This document shows positions 17,449 through 25,772 of a stretch of 41,161 bases of DNA, one piece after another. Location: positions 5,826-46,986 of the forward strand of contig CAZPAS010000002.1 in NCBI GenBank assembly GCA_964584575.1. The letters run 5' to 3'. Source of the DNA: an uncultured Dehalococcoidaceae bacterium (GTDB lineage Bacteria; Chloroflexota; Dehalococcoidia; Dehalococcoidales; RBG-16-60-22). Position 1 is the stretch's first letter. Each line of letters starts with the position of its first letter. The notes under the pieces were generated by a model. It had not been told where the DNA came from. It saw nothing but the letters and a program-made list of their open reading frames with translations, and made no database searches. Position numbers and translations under genes: made by a program.

Positions 17449-17703
17449 TCACCGGCGCTTTTCCGCCAGTTCGTAAACCTTTCCCATATAATCACCCGTC
17501 TGCAAATAAGCGCAACTGGAACGACTGCCGCAATGCGCGCAGTCCTCCGAACCGATATTCACTTTCCGCAGCTTGCCCTGCCGCACCAGTGTCTCCAGCA
17601 TCCCTTCCAGTGCGCTACGCTCGGTACCGAGTCGCCGGCTCAGCTCCTTGAGGTCCAGCGGTCCGCCGGTCTGTTCGAATGTTTTCAGTATTTCAGCGAG
17701 CAT
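17449..17703 (-). CDS. FeoC-like winged-helix protein
   Basis: 84 aa. LKELSRRLGTERSALEGMLETLVRQGKL plus a Cys cluster CAHCGSRSSC. Lies immediately downstream of feoB. Confidence 0.65.
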   Translation of the reverse strand: MLAEILKTFEQTGGPLDLKELSRRLGTERSALEGMLETLVRQGKLRKVNIGSEDCAHCGSRSSCAYLQTGDYMGKVYELAEKRR

Positions 17704-17712
17704 GATAACTCC

Positions 17713-19026
17713 CTAAAAGAATAGACTGCCGATTTGATATATCAGGGTGGCTACCACCCACCCCAGCACCAGCGTATAGGAAATGGTAAAGATTGTCCAC
17801 TTCCACGAGCCTGTCTCCTTCTTGATGGTACCCAGCGCCGCCACACAGGGAATATACAGTAAAATCATAGTCATAAAAGCAAAGGCCACCAGCGGTGTCC
17901 AGCCGAGTTGCGCCGCGATGGCATTCCCAATCCCGCCGGATGCCCCGGCACCGGCCAGCAGCGTGCCGAACGCTCCGACGACCGCTTCCTTGGCAAGCAC
18001 CCCGAACACCAGCGCTACCGCCGACTCCCATTGTCCGAATCCCGCCGTGGAAAATATGGGTGCAACAGCCCTGCCGATATGTTCCAGTACATCAAAATAG
18101 TTAAGCATCCAGATGAGCACCACTGCCCCGAAAATCAGGGTCCCGGCGCGCGACAGGAAAGCCCAGCCGCGCTCCCACATATGCGCCAGTACCGTCACCA
18201 CCGTAGGCAGGCGGTACGGGGGCAGTTCCATGACAAAGTGCCCGCTCTCGCCGGAAACCAGCTTCTTGCGGAAGAGCCATGCCAGCAGAATCGCCAGAAT
18301 GACGCCGATGGCGTACATGGAAAAGACCACCAGCCCCTGGTAAGCCGTAAAGAATGCAGCAGCTAACAGGGCATAGACCGGCAACTTGGCACCACACGAC
18401 ATCAGGGGAGTAACCAGTATAGTTACCAGCCTGTCCCGCGGGTTTTCAATAGTGCGGCTGGACATGACGGCCGGTACGGTGCAGCCAAAGCCCAGCATCA
18501 GCGTTACGAAGGAGCGACCGTGCAGGCCGATTCTGTGCATCAGGCGGTCCATGACGAATGCCGCCCGCGAAAGGTAACCGGTATCTTCCAGGATAGAAAG
18601 GGCGATATACAGCAGGAATATCACGGGTACAAAGGACAACACCGCCCCCACCCCACCGATGATACCATCGGATACCAGCGAACTCAGCCAGGCGGGTGAT
18701 ATCCCGGAAACCTGCGCCGCCAGCCAGTCCAGTCCCTGGTTAATCCAGTTTATCAGAGGTCCGGATACAACGAAGGTAAACTGAAATACTCCGTAGAGAA
18801 TCAGTAGAAAAATGGGTATACCCAGCCAGCGATTAAGGATAATACGGTCGATTTTGTCCGTAGCCGTTTCCTTCTCGACGGCGGGTTTCCTGAGGACATC
18901 CCGCATGAGACCGCTGATGAACCCGTAGCGGGCATCGGCAATCAGTGTCTCGGCGTCATCACCGTGAACTTTCCTCAGGTGCTCCAGGCTGGCGTCTTTT
19001 ACCTGTAATATCTCCGCGCTATCCAA
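17713..19026 (-). CDS. feoB: ferrous iron transporter FeoB, membrane (gate/nucleoside-recognition) portion encoded as a separate ORF
   Basis: 437 aa, polytopic. IADARYGFISG linker followed by FeoB-type TM repeats. TTG start 1 nt after the G-domain ORF stop. Confidence 0.9.
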   Translation of the reverse strand: MDSAEILQVKDASLEHLRKVHGDDAETLIADARYGFISGLMRDVLRKPAVEKETATDKIDRIILNRWLGIPIFLLILYGVFQFTFVVSGPLINWINQGLDWLAAQVSGISPAWLSSLVSDGIIGGVGAVLSFVPVIFLLYIALSILEDTGYLSRAAFVMDRLMHRIGLHGRSFVTLMLGFGCTVPAVMSSRTIENPRDRLVTILVTPLMSCGAKLPVYALLAAAFFTAYQGLVVFSMYAIGVILAILLAWLFRKKLVSGESGHFVMELPPYRLPTVVTVLAHMWERGWAFLSRAGTLIFGAVVLIWMLNYFDVLEHIGRAVAPIFSTAGFGQWESAVALVFGVLAKEAVVGAFGTLLAGAGASGGIGNAIAAQLGWTPLVAFAFMTMILLYIPCVAALGTIKKETGSWKWTIFTISYTLVLGWVVATLIYQIGSLFF

Positions 19027-19027
19027 T

Positions 19028-19705
19028 TCAAGCCTTCTTGATCTTCTCGATTATTTCACGGTCGTCTTCCAGTAGCTTGATGCCCAGCCACCTTGGCGAA
19101 TAGCCCTTCGCCAGCGGACTGCCGGAGACAGCCTCCTCCATCTTAGCAAGCTCCGCCTCCACGTCATGACCGTACTGTATACTGATTCCACTTACCGCGA
19201 TATCCCCCTCCGCAACACTGATAATAGTCTCCAGCAGCTTATCGGTCCCCTGATTCTTCGCGGCAATCATAGGCACCACCGGCGAACCCAGCAGATTCGA
19301 TAGTCCTTCAGTGTCGATTTGATATCCCCGCGACTCGGCGACATCCATCATATTGAGGGCGATTACCAGGGGTGCCTTCATCTCGAGGAACTGCACGGTG
19401 AGGTAGCAGTTGCGTTCCAGGTTGGAAGCATCGACGACATCCACGACCACATCGGGCTTTTCGTCGACCACGTAGTCGCGCGCGATAACCTCGTCCAGCG
19501 AGTAAGCCGTCAGGCTGTAAACACCGGGCAGGTCGACCACGCGGATACGGCGCCCTTTATAATTGCAGGTGCCTTCTTTTTTCTCCACCGTCACCCCGGG
19601 CCAGTTACCCACGTGCTGCCGGGCGCCGGTAAGATTATTGAATACGGTGGTCTTGCCGGAATTGGGATTTCCAGCCAGGGCGATAGTAATTTCTTTCTTG
19701 CTCAT
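19028..19705 (-). CDS. feoB: FeoB N-terminal GTPase domain encoded as a separate ORF
   Basis: G1 GNPNSGKTT, G3 DLPG, G4 NMMD. 225 aa, ending in TGA. Confidence 0.9.
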   Translation of the reverse strand: MSKKEITIALAGNPNSGKTTVFNNLTGARQHVGNWPGVTVEKKEGTCNYKGRRIRVVDLPGVYSLTAYSLDEVIARDYVVDEKPDVVVDVVDASNLERNCYLTVQFLEMKAPLVIALNMMDVAESRGYQIDTEGLSNLLGSPVVPMIAAKNQGTDKLLETIISVAEGDIAVSGISIQYGHDVEAELAKMEEAVSGSPLAKGYSPRWLGIKLLEDDREIIEKIKKA

Positions 19706-19715
19706 TGATACAGGT

Positions 19716-20171
19716 TCACATGATCCTGACCATTATCTTGCTGGCGACGCCATGCCCCAGGGCTAAACGGGAACCGCGGACATCGAGGACTACCTGACCG
19801 GGTCTGCCGCTGCTGATGACCTTGATTTCCATTCCGGGCGTAATTCCAAGGTCGGCAAGCCTTCTCTGCAAGCCCCAGCCGGCTCTTAGTGATAGCACGG
19901 TAACCTTCTCGCCGGAAGTCACTCTCGACAGTATGCTCTCGGTCAGCTCTACCTGGATGGTTTCGGCTTCTTGCTTACGGAGGGCGAGGTCATATCCCTT
20001 GACTTTTATCTGGACGGGGTCGCCAAGAGGCGCCACCCTCTCCACCTCCACTTCCGCTCCCATAACCACACCCATGTCCAGGAGACGGCGGCGTATTTCT
20101 CCCTTGCCGCCCACCCGCGTAATCCTGCCCTTCTCCGGGGGCTGAAGCTCACTCAATGGCCTCACAACCAT
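19716..20171 (-). CDS. feoA: tandem FeoA-FeoA fusion protein
   Basis: Two SH3-like FeoA repeats (RRLLDMGVVMGAEVEV... and RRLADLGITPGMEIKV...). Confidence 0.85.
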   Translation of the reverse strand: MVVRPLSELQPPEKGRITRVGGKGEIRRRLLDMGVVMGAEVEVERVAPLGDPVQIKVKGYDLALRKQEAETIQVELTESILSRVTSGEKVTVLSLRAGWGLQRRLADLGITPGMEIKVISSGRPGQVVLDVRGSRLALGHGVASKIMVRIM

Positions 20172-20192
20172 GTGATATTTTCCTCCGCGTAT

Positions 20193-20222
20193 ATTATATC
20201 AAAGGAATATGGAAAAAGTCAA
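20193..20222 (-). promoter_or_regulatory. putative feo operon promoter TTGACT-18 nt-TATAAT (minus strand)
   Basis: The hexamers were read on the reverse complement, upstream of the GGAGG SD of feoA. Confidence 0.5.
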
Positions 20223-20229
20223 GGTAGTC

Positions 20230-20245
20230 CTAATATTTTTATTAG
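20230..20245. promoter_or_regulatory. inverted repeat CTAATA-TTTT-TATTAG between divergent promoters, candidate metalloregulator operator
   Basis: Read directly. TCCTAAT recurs at 20228-20234 and 20272-20278, and the latter copy lies inside the dtxR-family promoter spacer. Confidence 0.4.
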
Positions 20246-20263
20246 ATATTCCTCTTTAAAGAC

Positions 20264-20292
20264 TTGACATATCCTAATTTATGCGTTAAAAT
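20264..20292 (+). promoter_or_regulatory. promoter TTGACA-17 nt-TAAAAT for the DtxR-family regulator
   Basis: Near-consensus hexamers with 17-nt spacing, about 38 nt before the TTG start at 20331, which has an AGGAG SD. Confidence 0.55.
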
Positions 20293-20330
20293 CAATCTGG
20301 TGGGAGTTATGTGCCCATCAGGAGAGTATT

Positions 20331-20987
20331 TTGAGTCAGCGGACGATAGAAGAATACCTGGAAACGATAGGCGCCCTGGAAGAACGGGAAAGCCCGGTCA
20401 GCACTTCATCTATCGCGCAGAATATGGGGCTATCACTGGCTTCCGTAAGCGAGATGCTGCGGCGGCTGTCTAAAAAAGGGCTGGTGGAGCATACGCCCTA
20501 CGGAGGAGCCAGCTTGACCGATGAAGGCAGGCAGCGCTTCTTGAAACTTACGCGCCGGCATCGGCTCTGGGAGGTATTTCTCAACCGCTACCTCGGAATT
20601 GGCTGGGAGGACGTCTACAATCATGCCTGCAGCCTGGAGCACGCCACGAGCGACCTGGTTACGGACAAACTCGATATGTTTTTAGACCACCCGGATGTCT
20701 GCCCTCACGGCAGCCCGATACCGAGGAGAAACCTGGAGCGTCCTTCCGGCGGTGGTACGACCCTCGCCGACCTTGAAATCGGGCAGTCCGCTATAGTACT
20801 AAATGTAATCATCGAACACAATACGGAATTCCTGCACTTCCTGACCAGCCTGGAACTGACCCCCGGCGCCACGTTGAAAGTCATCGAGAAAGCCCCCTAC
20901 GACGGCACCCTGACCATCGAGGTGAACAACAATAACCATGCCATCGGCAAGGAGGCCGCTTCTCTGGTCATGGTAAAACCTCTTTAA
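20331..20987 (+). CDS. DtxR/MntR-family metal-dependent transcriptional regulator with a C-terminal FeoA/SH3-like domain
   Basis: EEYLETIGALEE, RRHRLWEVFL, ACSLEHA..CPHGSPIP motifs. Confidence 0.9.
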   Translation: MSQRTIEEYLETIGALEERESPVSTSSIAQNMGLSLASVSEMLRRLSKKGLVEHTPYGGASLTDEGRQRFLKLTRRHRLWEVFLNRYLGIGWEDVYNHACSLEHATSDLVTDKLDMFLDHPDVCPHGSPIPRRNLERPSGGGTTLADLEIGQSAIVLNVIIEHNTEFLHFLTSLELTPGATLKVIEKAPYDGTLTIEVNNNNHAIGKEAASLVMVKPL

Positions 20988-21022
20988 AAACGGCAGATTC
21001 AAGAGTTAACGTTATTGAACAG

Positions 21023-21056
21023 AGCCGCCGCGCGTAAACACGGCGGCTTTTCTATT
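21023..21056 (+). terminator. rho-independent terminator AGCCGCCG-10 nt-CGGCGGCT followed by TTTCTATT
   Basis: 8-bp GC stem plus a T-rich tail directly after the regulator gene. Confidence 0.55.
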
Positions 21057-21816
21057 ACCATAATCTCGGCAGCAGGGCTTTTCGCTCCGACGGGTAGTCC
21101 GGGAACGTCCTGCGGTACCAGGCGTGATGAGCCTTCGCCCTCGGCAGCAGGTTGGCGACCGTCCAGAACGCGAACGCCAGCCCCGGCAGAGACCACGTAG
21201 CCACCGCCCAGCCGACCCATATGGTGATTTCCCCCAGGTAGTTGGGGCAGGACACCCAGCGATAGAATCGATTGTAGGATATCTTATAGCCGGACTCGCC
21301 GGGTTTGCGCAGTTCCCGCAGGGTGATGTCCGCCTGCCGGTTGATGACGAATCCGACGATGAAAAGCGCCGTACCGACGATAAAACGCGGGTCGGTCAGC
21401 CAGTCGCTGCCGTAGCCGCCGGAGAAATTGAAGATATACCGTCCGTTTAAGTAACCGTTCATCAGGTTAAAAAGAATCCCGAAGCTTATGACAGTTAAGG
21501 GCATGCGCCGCGCCGTACCGCGCAGGCTGAAGGGATAGATAAAGGCGCGATGCAGGTAATGAACCTCCCACAGGAACAGGAAAACCAGCGTGACCGTGGT
21601 GATGCCGCTGCCGCCCAGCAGAAAACACGCGACGAAGGCAAGCGGCGCCGGCGCCTCCATGATTACCCAGCCCAGCTTGTCGCCCAGGGTGTAACCCCAG
21701 CCCTTGCGGGTATGGCGTCCGTAGGGCGCCACCACGAAGAATAATGCAATGAATACCACCACCGCCAGCACGAACCATCCTATCAGCAAGCCATTGTAAA
21801 TAGTCGTTTCTTTCAT
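21055..21816 (-). CDS. steroid 5-alpha-reductase/DUF1295-like polytopic membrane reductase family protein
   Basis: RFYRWVSCPNYLGEITIWVGWA C-terminal signature and multiple TM segments. Confidence 0.7.
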   Translation of the reverse strand: MKETTIYNGLLIGWFVLAVVVFIALFFVVAPYGRHTRKGWGYTLGDKLGWVIMEAPAPLAFVACFLLGGSGITTVTLVFLFLWEVHYLHRAFIYPFSLRGTARRMPLTVISFGILFNLMNGYLNGRYIFNFSGGYGSDWLTDPRFIVGTALFIVGFVINRQADITLRELRKPGESGYKISYNRFYRWVSCPNYLGEITIWVGWAVATWSLPGLAFAFWTVANLLPRAKAHHAWYRRTFPDYPSERKALLPRLW

Positions 21817-22826
21817 GCGGGTTCTCCGGTCTTTCGATTTACAGGGAGGGTGAGATACCCGTTTTCCTCGAACCAGCGCAGCGTATCGGTTACGGTTTCC
21901 CGGAACGGGCGCGGCTGATAACCGAGTTCGCGGGAGGCGCGCTCGTGGCTGATATTACGATTACTCTTCAAAGCCCGCAGCGAGACGCCCGTATACAGGG
22001 GGCGTTTCCCGTTGAGTCGACTCGCAGCCTGTATGAACGGAGCCCCGACCCGCGCCAGCCAGAGCGGCACGACCAGCCGTTTCGCCGGTACGCCGGTTAT
22101 CTCCGCCACCATGGCGGCGATATCCACCATGGACACCCAGTGCCCGGAAAGCAGGTACTTGGCGCCCGTCGGGGCGGTCTCCCCGGCGCGTAAAGCCCCC
22201 GCCACCACGTCGCGCACGTCCACCCAGTCGAACCCGCCCGTTACCAGCGCCGGCAGGCTGCGCCGCGCCAGTGAAAGCAGCGCTTCGCCGAAGTACGAAG
22301 GCTGGTAGTCGTAAGGTCCGGTAATCGCCGTGGGATTAATGATTATCGCGTCCAGCCCCTGCTCGATTCCCCGCCGTACCTCAAGCTCGGCGGCGGCTTT
22401 GGAACGGTCATAAGGGGGATATTCCCGGGATTCTACCAGCGGGCGGGACTCATCAACGGGCACGGACATCGGTTCTTGCGTCAGCGCGTGGATGGAACTG
22501 AAGTGGACAAGACGCCGCACGCCGGTACGCCGGCATGCCTCTACTACGTTACGCGTGCCCAGTACGTTTATCTTTTCCAGTCGATGCCAGTCACCCATCG
22601 ACAGCGAGATACAGGCGGCAAGGTGATAGACAACGTCCGCCCCCTCGAACGCCCGGCAAAGAGAATCCACATCGCACATGTCTCCACGTACAATCTCGGT
22701 ATTCAGCCCTTCCAGTGCCCGGGTGTTAACGTGTACCAGACAGCGCGTGGGACGGCCTTTATCGATAAGGGTACGGACCAGGTTGGCGCCAACGTGACCG
22801 CAGGCGCCGGTAATTACTACGGTCAT
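21813..22826 (-). CDS. NAD(P)-dependent epimerase/dehydratase-type extended SDR
   Basis: N-terminal VVITGACGHVGANLV Rossmann motif and YDRSK active-site-like segment. Overlaps the next gene by 4 nt. Confidence 0.85.
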   Translation of the reverse strand: MTVVITGACGHVGANLVRTLIDKGRPTRCLVHVNTRALEGLNTEIVRGDMCDVDSLCRAFEGADVVYHLAACISLSMGDWHRLEKINVLGTRNVVEACRRTGVRRLVHFSSIHALTQEPMSVPVDESRPLVESREYPPYDRSKAAAELEVRRGIEQGLDAIIINPTAITGPYDYQPSYFGEALLSLARRSLPALVTGGFDWVDVRDVVAGALRAGETAPTGAKYLLSGHWVSMVDIAAMVAEITGVPAKRLVVPLWLARVGAPFIQAASRLNGKRPLYTGVSLRALKSNRNISHERASRELGYQPRPFRETVTDTLRWFEENGYLTLPVNRKTGEPA

Positions 22827-22869
22827 TTGAAACAGATTATAGCATAGAGAGGCTATGTATAGCTATGTG

Positions 22870-23916
22870 CTACCGCCTCGTCAGCACGAGCCGGGGGGCG
22901 ACCTTCATGAAAAGCAGTCCGATAACCACCATCGGGACGGCATAGAAGACCACCTGGAGCATGCCCATGGCGGGGTCGCCGGCGGCAAGCCGGGTGATAA
23001 GTCCGAACGGCGAGGGATTGAGGAAATAACTCCCACCTATCAAAGCCACCAGCACGATGGAATATACGAACTGCGTACGCTCCCTGTCCTTGAAACAGAG
23101 CGACATGACGGCGGTAATGACGGCAATCGCCGCGGCGATTACTACCCCAAGCAGTATCACCAGTCCCGCGTTCTGGATAACGATGTCGTTGAGACGGAGC
23201 AGTCCCACCCACATTACCACCTGTACCGCCGCCGTGATAATCGCCGCTGTTATTTTGGAGGCGATGACCTGTCCCAGCGATACCGGCGCCGCCGCCAGGG
23301 TATCAAAGGTCTTGTTCTCGAACTCCTCGGACACGGTATCGATGACGATACTTCCGGCGATAAGGGCGGGGAAAAGAATCAATATAGGCACAATCAGCGA
23401 ATACAGGAACTCGTACGTGGTGCTGGGCTTACCTCCGGTAGAATCGTAATTAAGGTCGACGCCGTTGGAGGCGCGCAGGTAGTTCTCATACTTTTTCAAC
23501 GGCTCGTCCAGCACCATAAAGATAACCGTCTTCTTGGTATCCAGTTCCGGCATGATAATCTGCATGTCCACCACGCCGCCGACGCTTTCCGGTACCACCA
23601 TAATCGTATCGACGCGTCCGCGTTTGAATGCGTCCTCAGCGGCGGCGATATCGGGGTACACTCTCGTCCTGACCCTGCTTTCGTCGAGGTAGTTCATCAG
23701 CGGCTCGGCGCTTTCATCGGCGGCAACGATACCCGCCCGCACGTACACGTGGGTACTGTCGCCGATGGACGAGGGGTCGTAGAAAGCCATGATGCCAACC
23801 AGGATAATCGAGGAAAAAGATGCGATGAAGAACTGGACGATGATGGCGAACATAATCGTCTTCTCACGCGTGATAGAACGCAGTTCTCTTTTTAAAAGCG
23901 CCAGGAATCCCTTCAT
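22870..23916 (-). CDS. ABC-2 type transporter permease (NatB-like)
   Basis: One N-terminal TM, a large loop and a C-terminal TM bundle. Overlaps the upstream permease gene by 4 nt. Confidence 0.75.
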   Translation of the reverse strand: MKGFLALLKRELRSITREKTIMFAIIVQFFIASFSSIILVGIMAFYDPSSIGDSTHVYVRAGIVAADESAEPLMNYLDESRVRTRVYPDIAAAEDAFKRGRVDTIMVVPESVGGVVDMQIIMPELDTKKTVIFMVLDEPLKKYENYLRASNGVDLNYDSTGGKPSTTYEFLYSLIVPILILFPALIAGSIVIDTVSEEFENKTFDTLAAAPVSLGQVIASKITAAIITAAVQVVMWVGLLRLNDIVIQNAGLVILLGVVIAAAIAVITAVMSLCFKDRERTQFVYSIVLVALIGGSYFLNPSPFGLITRLAAGDPAMGMLQVVFYAVPMVVIGLLFMKVAPRLVLTRR

Positions 23917-25742
23917 AACAACGCCCCCATGACACTTACGTTATAGATGGCGTGAATGATACTGCCGAGGACGATTGCCAGGAGATAGTACCGCGTGCCG
24001 AAGCGTGCCGTGAACAGGCAGACGACGGACGTCGACACCACGTGCAGCGCCAGCGGCAGCAGGAGCATACCGCCGCCGAACATCACCTCGATAACCGAGG
24101 AATCGGACACGACGCTCATCGCCATGAGCAGCAGCAGCTTCTCCGCCAGCATGAACCCCAGCGCCGAAAGCGCGGCGAGTTTCAGGACGTCCCGCTTCCT
24201 CGCGAGGGCTTTGTTCTGGAGTAATATCACCACACCCGCCGACTTCGCCAGTTCCTCCACCACCACGGACACGATAAGCATGAAGCCCAGCATGAACGGC
24301 AGCGGCAGGTTGGTCACGAAGACAATCGACGCCAGTTCCACCATGAACACCAGCGGCACCAGGCTCATGCCCATGAAAAGCGTGGACAGGCTCAAATGGG
24401 CGCGGTCGAGGGTCAGGTAGATAGCCTCGGCGATTTTACTGTGCAGCGGACGGAATCCCATGAGGTATTCCTCGTTGAAGACGCGCGTACCGACGTACAT
24501 GCTCTGCCCGAACACCAGCAATAAGGGGGTCGTCGCCAGGAAGTACTGGGACACGGTGAAAGTCTCGCCGCGGTACATCGTCACCGCCAGCGTCAGCGGC
24601 GAGATATAGCTTAAGTCGTTCACGCCGGTAAACATCGCCGGACCCACCAGGTAAACGGTCACCACGGAAAGCGCCAGCACGGAGAAGAACGTCTGGTCTT
24701 TAAACGTGCGGTAGGTCAGGGCGACCATGAGGTAGATGGAAAAGATAAAGAGCATCACCGGGACGAAGATAGCCAGCCCCAGCAGGATGTTGCCCTGCAG
24801 GACCATTGTCACGCCGATGATGACGACAATCGAGTATGCCAGATACGGCAGCATCTTGCCCATGATGACCTGGAAGCGGGTCACCGGTGCCGAGAGCAGG
24901 ACAATAAGCTTGCGGCTGACTTTTTCCTCGGTGAAGCTGCTGGTAAAAAACAGGCTGATAAAGAACACCGGCACCACGTAGAGGAAGGTGATAATCACCT
25001 GCGCCAGGGGAATCGGCGGGTTCATCAGGGAGGGAATGATGATATCGTTCTCCGCGACGAATTCGGCTTTGAATTCCGGCAGTTGCTTGTTTTCCGCGAA
25101 GTCTGCCAGCTGCTGCCGGACGGCTTCGTCGGTGGCAGAAGGAGCGGCGGGCAGCGACTCCGGCAGCGCCGCCGCCGTGGCGGCGGCAATATTTTCGTCC
25201 AGCACAGATAGGCCCGGGCTTTCATCCTCCGCGATTGTCAGTGCTTCCGTGGTGTCTCCCACGCCAGGGATGGAGACGGCGGAATCCTCGACCAGTCCCT
25301 CATCTTCCGTATCGAGATAGCTGACCTCGATACGCAGCGGGAATGCCCGGTCGATTTCATACTCTTCCGCCACATGCAGAATTTCCTGCTTCTCCAGGTA
25401 CTTCTGCAGAGCCCCGGCGGCGTACTCCGAGCGCTCGGTGTAATTACTGAAGATGCTGCTGCCGTCCAGGTAAAGGTCTATCGTCCCCTGCTCCAGCATC
25501 TCGTAGCCCACCTCGCGGTCGAGTTCGGTGATGTTGAATCGGCTGTCCGCAATCAGAGGGGCGTCGGCGGACACGCCCACGTTGTACAGACCCTTGCTTA
25601 TTACGAGGTCCTGATGGTAAATTACAAAAGAGCCGATGATTGTCAGGGCGAGGATTCCCAGCACGATAAACCTGGACTTACCGCTGAATCTGGCTCTAAG
25701 GCGGGTGATTTCCCGCCGGGACATCGTGAGTATATTCTTCAT
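23913..25742 (-). CDS. ABC-2 permease fused to a C-terminal CPBP-like intramembrane protease domain
   Basis: The ATG at 25742 is chosen because the longer 26006 form would overlap the divergent ATPase gene. TM1, an acidic loop and a TM bundle are followed by VVEELAKS, LALHVV and HAIYN segments resembling CPBP motifs. Confidence 0.7.
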   Translation of the reverse strand: MKNILTMSRREITRLRARFSGKSRFIVLGILALTIIGSFVIYHQDLVISKGLYNVGVSADAPLIADSRFNITELDREVGYEMLEQGTIDLYLDGSSIFSNYTERSEYAAGALQKYLEKQEILHVAEEYEIDRAFPLRIEVSYLDTEDEGLVEDSAVSIPGVGDTTEALTIAEDESPGLSVLDENIAAATAAALPESLPAAPSATDEAVRQQLADFAENKQLPEFKAEFVAENDIIIPSLMNPPIPLAQVIITFLYVVPVFFISLFFTSSFTEEKVSRKLIVLLSAPVTRFQVIMGKMLPYLAYSIVVIIGVTMVLQGNILLGLAIFVPVMLFIFSIYLMVALTYRTFKDQTFFSVLALSVVTVYLVGPAMFTGVNDLSYISPLTLAVTMYRGETFTVSQYFLATTPLLLVFGQSMYVGTRVFNEEYLMGFRPLHSKIAEAIYLTLDRAHLSLSTLFMGMSLVPLVFMVELASIVFVTNLPLPFMLGFMLIVSVVVEELAKSAGVVILLQNKALARKRDVLKLAALSALGFMLAEKLLLLMAMSVVSDSSVIEVMFGGGMLLLPLALHVVSTSVVCLFTARFGTRYYLLAIVLGSIIHAIYNVSVMGALL

Positions 25743-25772
25743 AGAAAAAAGAAAGGCTAACGGGTTACCGGA

